A DNA stretch of 64,000 bases, taken from positions 41,108,001-41,172,000 of the forward strand of contig NW_024704743.1 in NCBI RefSeq assembly GCF_018977255.1, read 5' to 3'. The DNA is from Callorhinchus milii. Its lineage: Eukaryota. The notes under the pieces are model-generated. The model did no database searches and was not told the origin of the DNA. It saw only the letters and a list, made by a program, of their open reading frames with translations. Shown in pieces: positions 1-12,749 of the stretch (within the stretch, counting starts at the first letter, position 1; the number at the start of each line of letters is the position of its first letter). Made by a program: the position numbers and the translations under genes.

Positions 1-1034
1 TAACCAATGCATGTCTTATTAATGATAACACCAAGTGGAATCATAGAGAAAATATATAGAAGACCAAAGATCTTGGCTTGACCAAATTATAAATACTGTC
101 GTGATTAGAATTGTATATACAACCAAACTGCACAAAGAGCCAAACTCTATGCACCAAACTGTTATTAGATCCTGTGACTTATACTCTATTTTTCTCACTA
201 TGCAACTTAAAATCCTATTTTCCTTCCTTGTTGAAACATTATGTGCTGTAGGTTTTAAAAGTGCCCCCTGATCTGTTGATCTATGTTCTGTGAACCTACC
301 CAATTCAGCTTGTAATGTCAAAGCTTATGAAAGAATCATGGCCTTACATTTGTCAACATTACAGGACACCTACCACTATTCAGCCCTGCTGCCCTATCTA
401 TCGTCTTTCCTCTGTACTCTGTATTATCTCTTCTTGTTTATTATTTATTCCCCTAAGGAAATAATGTAGGAGGAAAAATAATGATCAAACATGTACACAA
501 AAATAACAAACAGTGCACCTTTTTATACGTGTTTATGTCACTGCTTATGGATTCTGCATTTCAGCCCTACTTCAGTGTATAAATAAATGCATTACATTCT
601 AGATGAGCGAATAGAGAACCTTAATTTTAGGACCATTAAAATCTGAGCCCAAATACTATATCCCATACTAAACATAAACTAATATGTTTCACATGCAATC
701 CAATAGAGAACTGAAAATGTTTTGTGTATGGAGGATTGATATAAAAATGCAACATGAACATAAAAGATAGTAGTACTTATAGACATTGATCTAGTGCACA
801 AGCAAAAGAATGATAGAAATCATCTATTGTCCAATAAAAAAAAGGTTCACAATTCAGTGATTTCTAACAGGGTTCATTGATGAGGACTGAAAGTCATTAC
901 TGACAACCAGAAATGTATCATTGTGACCAGAGGCAAACCCATTCCTGTTATAGGTTGTGTTAGAGTAAAATTCTAAGTGACGTACCTTTGATTAAGGATT
1001 CCATTTGCATCTCAGAGAAATTGTTAAGGAATTC

Positions 1035-3574
1035 TCAGCTCCCACCCCCTCCTGCTCTACCTCCTCAGACTTCTCTTCTCCTCTCCACTCTCAACCTCTC
1101 CCTCCACATCCACTCTGCTACCCACAACCACGGTCACCCGCTCGACCTGGTGATCACCCGGGGCCTCAGCGTCTCGGATGTCACCATCACTGACAAGATC
1201 ATCTCTGACCACCATTTGATCTCCCTCAACTCCTATATCCCTCTCCCCACCATCTCCAAACCTACCACCATCTTCTATCCCCCATGGAAGAAGATCTCTC
1301 CACAGTCCTTCTCCACTGCCCTGGAGTCCTCTGAACTTCTCCCCCTCTGGCCCACTCTGGCACCAACCCACTCACTGAACTTAATCTACTTCACAGCACC
1401 CTCTCCACCACACTCGATGCCCTTGCCCCCCTCACCTCCCAAACTGCCTCCTATTCCCGATCCTCAACCTGGTTCACCAGCCACCTCTGCTCTCTTAAGA
1501 GTCAGGTGCCGGCTGCCGAATGCACTTGGTTTAAATCTGGCGTAACGGTCCACCGCCACATCTGGCTGGATCTCCTCAAAATCTACCACTCATCTCTCGC
1601 CTCAGCCAAATCATCCTTCTATTCCAGGTTAATCCTGGAGGCGAAGGGCAATCCCAGGCTCCTGTTCTCCACCACCAACTGGCTCCTCCACCCTCCCTGC
1701 CATGGCTCGCAGATTCTCTCCTCTGACTCTCACTGCGAGAAAATGCTGGATTTCCTTGAGTCCAAAATCGAGGGAATTCGCTCAGCTCCCACTCCCCTCC
1801 CAACTTCCAACCCCTCCCTCCCTTCCCACCACACCCCCACACTCCGACAATTACCCATCCCTCCTTCTACACCTTTAAACCTGTCACCTCCTCCTCTGTC
1901 TTCACCACCACATCCTCCGTGAAGCCCACCATCTGCTCCCTGGACCCCATCGCTACACCTCTCCTTAAATCCCAGTTCCACCTCCTTGCCCCACAACTCG
2001 CCAAAATCATAAACTTCTCCCTGTCATCTGGCACTATTCCTTCTCCCATCAAAACAGCCATTATCACCCCCAACTTGCAGAAAACTTACCTTCACCCATC
2101 ACAGCTATCCAGCTACTGGCCCATCTCAAATCTCTCTTTCCTATCCAAGGTCCTTGAGAAAGCCATTGCCTCCCAGCTTCGCTCTTTCCTCTCCTCTCAC
2201 TCCCTCCATGAACCCCTCCAATTGGACTTCTGTTCTGCCAACAGCACGGAAACTGCTCTGGTCCAGATCACAAATGACATCCTGACCATGTGTGACCAGG
2301 GCTCCCTCTGCCTCCTCATCCTTCTGAACCACTCCGCAGCCTTTGACTCCATGGACCACTCATTCCTCTTCCACCGCGTCTCCTCCCACCTCAACATTCA
2401 AGGTTCTGTCCTTGACTGGTACAGGTCCTACCTTTCACATCTCCTCCACTTCGTCACAGCAAACGGCTTTGTCTCCAGCTCCCGAATGGTTTTGTGCGGT
2501 GTTCCTAAGGGCTCTGTCCTCGGTCCCCTCCTCTTCACCCTTTACATGATGGTGACATCATACGCAGACATGGGGTAAATTTCCACATGTATGCGGATGA
2601 AACCCAACTCTGTCTCTCTGCCTCCACCCTCAACGCCAGGACTACTGGCGTCCTGACCGACTGCCTGTCCGACATCAAGTCCTGGATGAGGGACAACTTT
2701 GTCCAACTCAACGTCAGCAAAACCGAAGCCCTCCTGATTGGCTCGCGCCAGCACCTCCGCACCTCAGGCGCTGGCAGCATCAACGTCCACGGCCGCATAT
2801 TCAGTCTCACTAAGCCAGTCAGGAACCTGGGTATCTTGTTTGACCCTAAACTGTCCTTTCTCCCCCACATCCATGCCATGAGTGGCACTGCCTACAAGCA
2901 CCACCACAACATTGCCACACTCCACCACCTCCTCAACCCTCAGGCTGCCGAAACCCTCACTCACGCATTTGTCACATCAAGGCTCGATTACGGGAACTCC
3001 CTCCTCATCGGCCTTCCCAACTCTTCCCTTCACAAACTGCAGATCATCCAAAACTCTGCAGTTCATGTACTCTCACGCACCAGGCTCCGTGACCCCATCA
3101 CTCCCACCCTGGCCCGACTCCACTGGCTCCCCATCCCCCAGTGGATCGAGTTCAAGATCCTCGTCCTCACTTTCAAGGCCATCCATGGCCTTGCCCCCTC
3201 CTACCTCTCTGACCTGCTGACTCCCTACCAACCTGCCCGCTCCCTCCATTCAGTGGGCTCCGGTCTGCTCCATGTCTCCCGCCTGACCTGCCCTACCATC
3301 GGTGGCCGGGCTTTCAGCCTCTCTGCCCCCACACTCTGGAATTCCATCCCATGGCCCCTTTGCCTCGCTTTCTCCCTTGCCCCCTTCAAGGCCAGTCTCA
3401 AGACCCTTCTCTTCGATCATTCCTTAGGTCACCCTCCCACCTCTCTGCCTTCCCTCACCCCTACACCACCCCTCCCCCATGCTCGGGCCCCGACACCTGA
3501 CTGTTCAGCGCTTTGAAATGTTCTCCCGACGTGAAAGGTGCTCTATAAATGTAATTTTTGTTGTTGTTTTGTTG
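1035..3574 (+). mobile_element. L2-clade LINE, 5'-truncated, frameshifted ORF2 (end of APE endonuclease, RT, 3' tail)
   Basis: ORFs 988-1545 (HNHGHPLDLVIT...SDHHLI, endonuclease C-terminus), 1919-2578 (PISNLSFLSKVLEK, SAAFD, GVPKGSVLGPLLF) and 2587-3516 (YADETQL, SRLDYGNSLL, LHWLPI). Ends in AGCGC...GTGAAAGGTGCTCTATAAATG plus (TTG)n. Confidence 0.95.
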
Positions 3575-4399
3575 ACCTTTGCAATTAAAGAATGGCAGAT
3601 AAAAATCTGTTTTGTAAATCTTGTGTTTTTACTATATTTCAGAAGATCAATCTTGCCAGAGGCTGATTTATGTCTTCACAGGATGGATGCAAATTAAGGA
3701 ACTTCATTAGATATCTGCCAGAAAAGTGAGTAATTCACTCAACAAAATTAACAAAATGCAAACAGGGCTCTGAATTATTTATGTTTTTTGTCATTTTGAC
3801 CTCTGGAAAGCAAAAACATACCTTCCAATAACCAGTTGAAGCTCAGTGCGTATATTTGCTCACAACAGATACAGTGTTAAAATTCACTGTCTATTCATGA
3901 AGTCCTTTTAATCAAAATGAATGAAAATTGAGAGCATTTCAAGTTCCACACACTTGTTGGAATTTTTGTATGTCAACAGCTTCTGTTGGTTGGCTTTTAA
4001 GTTAAATATAGATTATTTTCTGTAAAGGTAGCCCAGTGGTGCAATGTTTGGGAGCTGCTGTGATACACAGAGAGTGGCATTATGCAGCATTGTCCCTCCT
4101 ATCGTGACTTCTTGATCTGAAACATACCACTTTCAGAAAGCCTGTGAAAGAACGGTTGAGGTACTTCATCAAAGAAAAGTGTGAAGGCTTAAGAATGCCA
4201 ACTCATGCTGCTCTAAGTGTCTCCTATGGTTGAACCTTTGGAAACATGTCTGTAATCTATAAGGAAAGGATCCATCATGATAATAGGTAGGGAGAGAACA
4301 AAGAAAGCAAAACAAATTAATCTTAAAAGATAAAGCAATATATATATATATATTAAAATAGTAGAAAGTCTACTATTTCTACAAATGCAAAAAAGCAAA

Positions 4400-4745
4400 T
4401 GCAACGATTATTATTTGAAAAAGTAACATACCAGGTCAAAGTAGTCAAATGCTTCACAGTGAGTTATTTTGAAATGTAGCAGCTAGATAATCTGCACCTG
4501 CAACATTTCTCGAGCATCAAAAAACAATTACTCAATGTTTTTGTTCCATTTGGATGCAGAAAGAATACGCTTATCTTGAAAATTGTGTCACAGGATCTTT
4601 AACAGCCACTTGAACCAGCAGGTAGGATTTAACTTTAGTATCTCATCCATAATGTTGGCACCTCCAACAATGAAGCACTCACTCAACTACTGCTCTAGCA
4701 TGTCAGGCTAGATTATGAGCTCAATCCAGATATGGCGTTCAAAAC
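4400..4745 (-). mobile_element. Old Deu-domain (SacSINE1/AmnSINE1-like) SINE, degenerate
   Basis: Reverse complement contains TGCTTCATTGTTGGAGGTGCC...GGATGAGATACTAA...TTAAAGATCCTGTG, matching the copy at 55935-56350. Confidence 0.7.
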
Positions 4746-4824
4746 CAAGAGCATGCAGGAGGGGTTCAGTCACTGGGTTTTCTTAGGAATGTGGCGGTAT
4801 TACTGGCACCTAAAAAAAGAGTCG

Positions 4825-4897
4825 TGGTGGTAAAAGGCTCTGGGACGCTGCCCGGCATGGAATGCACTATATAAATGGAAATTGTTGTCGTTGTCAT
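4825..4897 (+). mobile_element. Isolated L2 3' tail fragment
   Basis: GGCTCTGGGACGCTG...GCACTATATAAATGGAAATTGTTGTCGTTG. Confidence 0.65.
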
Positions 4898-5539
4898 TGG
4901 TGTTATAAAGCCTGTCTTATGGAGGGAAACCATGTGAAGACTCGATACCAAATGTAAGGATTATTATTATTATCACTTTTTCATCCCAAATGCCACTCTG
5001 AAATTGGCTCTGTATTTTACTAAACCGCAGTTTGTTACCTATAGAAAACAAACTTCTTGTGATTAATGATAATCCCCCACCGTGTTGAAGGTTGCAGCAG
5101 GGAATTCTTGTTTTACTGGTCAATGGCTAAATGTACGTTTGTTCAAGTCAGCAGCATCAGTTTAACAAAAAGAATAGATCTGTGACAAAGCCCATGTGAT
5201 GCCTTATGTTATCAGAATCATATAGTTATAATCATGATAGGTTTGTAACACAGTATTAAATTAATTCAATCAAAAAGACAACAGTGTGTGCAGGTGACTA
5301 CAAGCTGAGTTGATGGGGAAAAAAAATCTGATTGCCAAAAATGCTATTCTTGATCAACTTGGTGCATGTGCAATTCAGAAAAGTGCAAATGTTCTTCATA
5401 AATCACACAGCAGAAATTCAAAAATGGATCCCAAGATGAAGTTTGTAATGTGCACAAAATGTGCACACTCTGAATACAAATTAGCGTGAGCATTGCATGC
5501 ACACATTTAGTACTGACAAAAAGCTCCTTCAATAGCTTA

Positions 5540-5832
5540 GAGAGGCACTCGGTACACTGCTAGGTGATACAGACTAGAAGTTCAAAGATTCAGATATCAG
5601 TCTGCATAAAAATTAGCTCATCTCAGATGTGGCAGCAACATACTTCGTTAAGGAGGAGAAAAAACATCAGCCCAGTTCCTCTTTATGATCGCTACCCAGA
5701 GATGCCTTGCTGGAGGGTGTTTGTGTTTGAGCAACAGGTATGGACAGATGGGGTTTGGCGATGATGGTCCCTTGATTGAATAGCCACACCGTCAAGGCCA
5801 ATATTTGTATCAAGACTACTTGGGTGAAACAC
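5540..5832 (+). mobile_element. AmnSINE2-like ancient SINE
   Basis: Motifs TTAGCTCATCTCAG, TGATCGCTACCCAG, CCTTGCTGGAGGGTGT, GAATAGCC. Homologous to 12480-12735 (-) and 52485-52625 (+). Family name from recalled consensus. Confidence 0.55.
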
Positions 5833-6555
5833 AGAGAGATAACAATAACAGAGAGCTGTTCAAATCATATACCACTGGAAGGAGAAAAACAAAAGAAAAT
5901 GGCTTCAGGAGAGAAGGAGGAGGTGGAAAGGAATGTGAAAGAGACAAATTGCAGGAGTAAAAAAAAATTGTGAAAAATTACCAATCTTAGTGGGCAAGCA
6001 AATTTACTGGTGATCGAAGAATCAACCATTAGATGTTCTCATAGGATGTTGCAATGTAATAAGAACTTTCCTTTGATTTATTGCACAGCTCTTTATTACT
6101 GGAACAGAAGTGGATTGCAAACATTTTGTGTTCTCAGCCTACTTTTAGAGATTGTCAGAGTGACAAATTTATTTAACCAAAGTTATACCTGGGAGAGAAA
6201 AGTGAACGAATGGCATGTGGGGGCTGGTGGCATTATTTCCTTTACAGAAGCAACGGAACAAGCACATCAATGTTCACCTCAAGCGGCAAAGATCCCCGAT
6301 AACACAATAAATGTTCTCAAATAATATTAGAATCTTTGCAAGACTACACAATGAATATATGGCAAATGTTGACAGTCCATTCCTGTCTGGAACAATATGC
6401 TTCATATACATACAATGGTCACAGTGGTGATTTCTGTCTATATTTGCTACTGATTTGGAATCCCTAGTAGTGCAGAAGTTAATCTTCGAGTGCAGCAAAC
6501 TGAGTAAATTGGAGAAATAATATTTTTTCTAGCATGCCAACTAGGCAAAGAACGT

Positions 6556-6775
6556 AATAATAATAATAACCCTGCATTTGATAAAGTGCTCAATCAGGTT
6601 GTCAAAACTTTCAAATGCTTAACTCAATTTACTGTAAAGTGCAGTGAATGTGAACTTTTAGGGCAATTTGCACCCAGCAATGTTCCACAAAGAGCCATAG
6701 AAGTGAACAACCAATTTTATCTGGAGGATTGTTTGCCAGAACAATGAGAGAAACTCTCTTCCATTTTTAAATAAT
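6556..6775 (-). mobile_element. Degenerate SINE 3' half (Deu-SINE-type tail)
   Basis: (TAA)n-CCCTGCATTTGATA...CAGCAATGTTCCACAAA. Confidence 0.65.
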
Positions 6776-6814
6776 CCACATTCCACCCTGCAGAGCTGTC
6801 CAAACTGTCCTTTA

Positions 6815-7265
6815 AAAACAACATCCATGCTCGGACCAGCTCAGATTTCCTCCACCTTTGAAATATTGCCCATCTCCTTCATTACCTCTCCCCTCAATCG
6901 ACTAACACCCTAATCCATGTATTTATCACTTGCAGGCTTGTCTATGCCATTGTTCTACACACTGGATTACCAGCTCTTTTCTACACAAGCTATAGAGTAC
7001 CCAGTGCTCTGCAGCCCATGTCCTTTCCAGGTTCCATGACCCTATCATCCCCATCCTCACTCGCTTCCATTGGTTCCCCATCCCTCAGCAGATTAAGTTC
7101 AAGATCTTCATTCTTACTTTAAATTCCTCCACAGTCTTGCCCCACTCTATCTTTCAAATCCTACTAACCCAGCCACTCAATCACTCAATGAACACTGACC
7201 TATTTCATATCCTCCACCTTATAAGCCTCTGCATTGGCCTTTTGGCTGCGACTCTCTTGGACTCA
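6815..7265 (+). mobile_element. Degenerate L2 fragment
   Basis: CATTGGTTCCCCATCCCTCAGCAGATTAAGTTCAAGATC (HWFPIPQQIKFKI), colinear with 3120-3160. Confidence 0.8.
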
Positions 7266-8109
7266 GGAACTAGCAAAGACAATTACAAGATTCTTTTCCC
7301 CTTGGCAATAGTGGAATATTGTCACTACCAATAAATGGAAAATTAAACATGCCCACAATCCCATGTAGATAAGTGTAAGAAGAGGAAAACAAACCAAAGT
7401 AGTGCAAATTTAACAGCAGAATTATACTGACACATTTTACATTCTTAAGAAACCAGTTCATTAATTTATTGTAACATTGGGACATTTTTGAACTATCAGC
7501 AACAATTAAATTTAGGGGAGAATCCATTCTCCAATAAGGCCTTATTTTAAGCAAAGGATCAATGGAACTCTCGTAAACTACAGAAATTCCTATGCTTCTA
7601 GATCCAGGATAAATTATAACAAACCTCTACATGCCCCTCAGGCTAAGGCTCCACAGCATAACTGTTGTATGATCTATTATCCAATTTCCTGCTGTCTTCA
7701 CTTTGGCGTCTTGTCATCTGCCATCTGATATATCTGTACAACAGGCCAGGTCGAACCTAACTATCTGTATGGTATGTTGTGGGCAACAACAACTGGTAGA
7801 GCCTAGGCTGTATAAGTTCTGGATTCACATGCTGCCACTAGGCTCAGCTGTACCAGTGCTGCTGAGATAGCATCTGGCCTGTTTGAATCCAGATGAACAG
7901 CAGTTGTACTTCAATGTTCATTGACCTTGCTGGTCTAATGAAGGGCTTTGAACAGTGCTGGCATTTGATAAAACATATGTTGTTTTACCAGCAGGTTAGC
8001 TTAAGTGAGCAGTCTCCAATTAATTTCAAAAGAGAAGGTAACTAGCATTGTGTGTCTACTTTCCATTGCTGGATCTATAAAAAGGATTCACCCAGTTCAA
8101 ATAACAGAG

Positions 8110-8350
8110 ATGAAAAGAAAATGCTTTGAAGGCTGGAAATCTGAAATGAAAAAAATGAAAGCATGAGTAATGCACAGCAGGTCAATCAGCATCTGAATAG
8201 TTTAACGTTTTGTGTGAAACTCTACATTGTGACTCAGAACCTTGTGCTCTGATGAAGGCTCCCACTCGAAAGACAAGCCTATCTTCTCCTTTCAAATGAT
8301 GGTTGACCTGATGTTCATTTCCAGCTTTTTCTGGTACTATTTCTGTCAAA
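8110..8350. mobile_element. Fold-back Penelope-like terminus pair with degenerate hammerhead core
   Basis: Left arm CAGCAGGTCAATCAGCATCTGAA is the inverse of right arm TTCAAATGATGGTTGACCTGATG. CTGATGA at 8249-8255 and GAAA at 8268-8271. Confidence 0.6.
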
Positions 8351-8399
8351 TTTCAATTTGAGTGTTCTTTTCAGGATCCTGTAAGCTGTAATGGAGGGG

Positions 8400-8728
8400 T
8401 AATAATAATAATCCTTGCATTTGATATAGCGCTTTTCACGTCGGGAGGACGTCCCAAAGCGCTTCACAGAACACACTGTAAAGTGAACTGACTGTATATT
8501 TGTGGGCGAACGCGGCAGCCAATTGCGCACAGCAATGTCCCACAAACAGTCGTAGATTGAAAATGACCAATTTTATTATTGTTTTTTGGAGGGATTATTA
8601 TTAGGCGTGTGGAGTAAGGAAACTTGCCCAAGGTTTCGCCCTCTGCCTGGAATTGAACTCAGGTCTCTCACTTGCAAAGCGAGTGCTCTAACCACTGAGT
8701 GCTCTAACCACTGAGCTACAGGACTCCA
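8400..8728 (-). mobile_element. Young tRNA-derived SINE, short form, with duplicated A-box
   Basis: Head TGGAGTCCTGTAGCTCAGTGGTTAGAGC, B-box GAGTTCAATTCC, L2-like tail and (TTA)n. Near-identical to the copies at 35725 and 62461. Confidence 0.95.
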
Positions 8729-9176
8729 CACCTTAGGTAGGTGCCTAAGTGCACTATTCTCTATTTACAATCTACTAATGATCTGGAATGTATACAGGAA
8801 GGAATACTGTCTCTTGTAAACAGTATTATTCATGAAGAAATGTTAATACGTCATTCTACCATAAGTATCTGCCAATAGAATGGCGTAATTTTAAACCATT
8901 GCAATGAGCTAAAACATCAAGTTCTGCAAGTCTCTCGGTGCCATTATTGACTGCTTTGACCACAATTTCTAGGATGTAAAAATATCATATCGCACAGCAC
9001 ATTTTCACCCACATCTTACTCTTTCTCTGCTAATGTCCTCAATTAGTTAAAATGTACTCTATGGTTAACAGTTGAGCTAAGCCCTCCAAGCCACTACTCT
9101 GTATATATGGTGCTATATAGTGGCGTTATTATTCTCGTTTAATTCAAAAAATCCACCAGATTTGAAATAATTTGTT

Positions 9177-9537
9177 TGGAGTCCTGTAGCTCACTGGTTA
9201 GAGCATTCGCCTCACAAGCAAGAGAAATGGATTTGATTCCAGGCAGGAATCATGGGCAAGTTTCCTTACTCCACACGCCTCTATTTACCTAGCAATAAGT
9301 AGGAACCCGGTTGTAAGTTGATTGGCAAATTGCTTTTCCAGGGGTAATAATTCCTTCTAAAAAATAATAATAAATTGGTCACTCATCCATGACTATTTGT
9401 GGGACACTGCTGTGTGCGATTGGCTGCCGTGTTTCGCCCACAAAATACACAGTCAATTCATATTACCGTTTATTATGTGAAGCGCTTTGAAATGTGATGA
9501 GGTGCTATATCAAATGCAAGGATTAGCATTATTATTA
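9177..9537 (+). mobile_element. tRNA-derived SINE, long (older) form
   Basis: Same head and tail as the short form, plus an internal segment CTCTATTTACCTAGCAATAAGTAGGAACCCGG. Confidence 0.9.
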
Positions 9538-9614
9538 AGGTTTCTTATTTTGTTTTGCATTCGTCTTCCATTTATCTACAATAAGACAAATCCACCACTT
9601 CACATCCCATCTAT

Positions 9615-10235
9615 GTAGCATAATCGGTCCAGATATTCTTGAATGCCGTTTATCCTCACAATATAATTCAGCCATCCGCACAAATTGGTATCACAAGCAA
9701 ATGCTATAATATTATAAGACATGCTCTCCTCCAATTTAGTTATGAATAATGTGAATAGAAGGGGACCCAGACAAGCTCTTGGCAAACTCCACTTGTTACA
9801 TCTTCACAAACAACCTTTTCATCACCTTCTGCTTCCTATTTCTTAACATGTTTTAAATACAAATAATGAAACTTACTAGGAATTTTATCATCTTCTTTGA
9901 ATTTTTTTTTGTTCAGCCAGGTGTCTGACACATGTGCAAACCTATCACCATAATTAAGAGTACCCAAACCAGACCGAGAGTTCCACATAAGTACACTCTC
10001 TACACACAGGCATTTTTCCTGTGCCAAAAAAGGAATTAGCAGTTTCTCCCAGAGGTGACACATTTAGTGTTCTAACTCCAGTGCACATGAAACACAGGTA
10101 GGTAGGAGCCAAGGCATTTACAAATCTCACGTGTAAAACACTGTTAGATTCCTTCTGAAAATCCATGCAAATTATATACACTCGATAACTTATAACCACT
10201 ACTCCACTTATTTAGTTACTTTATCCAATGACAGT
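9615..10235 (-). mobile_element. Degenerate CR1 RT fragment, interrupted at about 9903-10115
   Basis: ORFs 9600-9785 (CLGPLLFTLFI...FACDTNL) and 9954-10199 (YIICMDFQKE). Confidence 0.75.
9903..10115 (-). repeat. Unclassified A-tailed interspersed repeat, copy 1
   Basis: T-run, GTTCAGCCAGGTGTCTGACACATG...CCAAACCAG...AGCCAAGGC. Homologous to the copies at 35460, 55552 and 59965. Confidence 0.7.
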
Positions 10236-11351
10236 TTTCATTGAAGAATGAACAATAAGATACATAGTTCACAGGTTAGAAGAAAAACAAGTCAGTGGAA
10301 GACAGTTCCAAGTTTAGATTTGACTCTCAAAGAATAAATTGCATAGTTATCAGAAGACAGCAAATTCAGAGCCAAGAGAATTCACAAAAGCAGCAAAAAG
10401 AATACATAGAATGAATTACACAGTCTCCACAGCACCAGATCAGGTCATTCCTGACAACTAATCCATGCTGGTGTTTATACTTTGCATGAGCCTCTATCCC
10501 ACCTAAGCCTGTCTCCCATACTCCACCATTCTCTTTTCCCTCATGTTTGAAAGTAGGAACAAACTCAGAACTATTTAGAACAGAAGCAAAGAACATTGAG
10601 AACAAGCTGCCAAAACCAACTAGCCATTGGGTGTACAATCATGAAAGCTCTGAGTAAGATGAATGCTGCAGCAACAGAAAAATAGAGACATATCTCTAAA
10701 AATCATCCCAAACTCACTGTAAAAATCTGAACAAAGGAAACAACAAAGAAACATAATAACATGAGGCCATTCGAAAAGATGCATTACATTTAATTGATTT
10801 GTTAAGAATAGTTAACCACAAGCTAGGAAACTGCAGAACACAGTAGACACCTAAACAACGCTAATTCAAATTCCTTTTCTTTTCATAATTCTTGCTGATC
10901 TCCCTAAGTAACATACATTTTGTAGCTAAGAGGAGAGGCAGTACATTCTTTGAGCTCCAGACATTGAAATACTGAAAACAACACAGAACCAAGTAACCGG
11001 AATCACAAATTAATTTTTTACAATAAGTAGTTACGGAAGGTAGAACAGAGTACATACAAAATTTTTACCACACTATAGCAGAAGTTGACAGCATACAAGC
11101 AGGCTATTTGGGTCATCAAGTCTGCATTGGGCCTTTTCTCCACATGAGTCAATCTAATCCAACTCCCACAGAATGATTTGAGGATTTAACCTTCATTGTA
11201 ATGTTACACCTGGTTGTCCTGTTCTATTCTTTGCTTCTTATCTATATTGTCCAACTCAATGATTTTGTCCTGTGCTCTCGTTCAGTTCTTCAGTATGTAC
11301 AATCCAGAAGTTTTGTCCTTATTACATAATACTTTACACATAATAATATAT

Positions 11352-11639
11352 TAATAATAATCCTTGCATTTGATATAGCACTTTTCACATCTTCTAATAT
11401 ACTGCAAAGTGAATTGATTGTATATTTGTGGATGAAACGTGGCAGCCAATTGCGCACAGCAGTGTCCCACAAACAGTCGTGGATTGAAGTGACCAATTTA
11501 TTATTGTTTTTTTTCTTGAGGGATCATTATTAGGTGTGTGGAGTAAGGAAACTTGCCCAAGGTTTCCCCCTGCCGGGAATCGAACCCAGGTATTTTGCTT
11601 GCGAGGCGAGTGCTCTAACCACTGAGCTACAGGACTCCA
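11352..11639 (-). mobile_element. tRNA-derived SINE, short form
   Basis: Complete head (A-box and B-box GGTTCGATTCC) and (TTA)n tail. Confidence 0.93.
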
Positions 11640-12055
11640 CAAATGCACGGTTTATTATTATTATACTTTTGCCACTGTTAAGTGCTCTGCGAGAACTACA
11701 CAAATGCAAGTTATTGTTGTTATATTGCTTGACAATTATACCTTGTTCGATGTGTGGTTGAAGAAAAATAAGGATCTGATATCTTCCTCTTTTGAAAAAT
11801 CAATTTGGCATTGATTTGATCCAAACTATAGGAACTGCTAAAAAGTCAAATTTACAATGTAACATTACAACATATCTATTGATGAGGGTTAATAAACATG
11901 ATTTTCTTTTAAAAAATGCTTCTCATTGCAATATAAAAAAATTATATCAATTTAGGGTGTCCCACTATTTTTCTAATTTTCTTCCCTGTGACACAATATC
12001 TCTCTGCCACTGGTCTGTTTGTTGATATTTGGCTCCATGGATGTTTGTTGTCCTC

Positions 12056-12295
12056 AATAATAATGATAATCTTTGAATTTGAAGTAGCGCCTTATCATGT
12101 TATTGCAACGTCTTAAAGTGCTTCACAGGATATATTGTAAAGTGGAGTGACTGTATTTTGTGGGCAGTCAATTGCAGTGTCCCACAAACAGTCATGGATT
12201 GAGTGACAAATCTTTTTTTTTTGGAGGGATTATTACCCCCGGAAAGAGATCTGCCAAACAATTAACAATGGGTTCCTACTTACTGCTAGGTAAAA
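12056..12295 (-). mobile_element. tRNA-derived SINE, long form, 5'-truncated
   Basis: Tail plus the internal segment, seen on the + strand as GGTTCCTACTTACTGCTAGGTAAA. Confidence 0.8.
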
Positions 12296-12479
12296 AAAAT
12301 TTTAATCAATAAATGAGCAGCATTGATCTGTCAGCATTGACAGTGAGTGCTGGTGGGCCACTCAACTGTAGAGGGTGCCATAACGAAGTCTGACATCTCT
12401 CCACATGGCTGACACAATTTATCACAGGGTAAGTGTTCTAGAGAAATGTGATCAAAAGATCCTCCTTCACCGTAACGTC

Positions 12480-12735
12480 TCCTGATAGTGTGTATTGACA
12501 AGCCATTTACTATGGCAGAGTTACAGCCCAGCTTGATGTTGTCTTCCTGACCTTCACTCACACACACCTTGCAGGGAAGATCTCTAGATAGTGATAAAGA
12601 GCAGAATCCTTGGCCAAATTTTCTCCTCCATAATCTACGAACATTCAGCCCAATGCCACATCTTAATTACTGTCCCAGTTGAGATCAGCTAACTCAGCAA
12701 ATACCTGGATTTGAACTTGCAAACCTCTGATCAAT
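12480..12735 (-). mobile_element. AmnSINE2-like ancient SINE
   Basis: GAGATCAGCTAACTCAGCA (reverse complement TGCTGAGTTAGCTGATCTC), GATAGTGAT, CACACACACCTTGCAG. Confidence 0.6.
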
Positions 12736-12749
12736 GAGTATAACCAAAT

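Noticed and set aside
3813..3895. Minus-strand exon-like segment ending in AAG|gtatgt
   Set aside because: All three frames contain stops from the best acceptor, and there is no other support.
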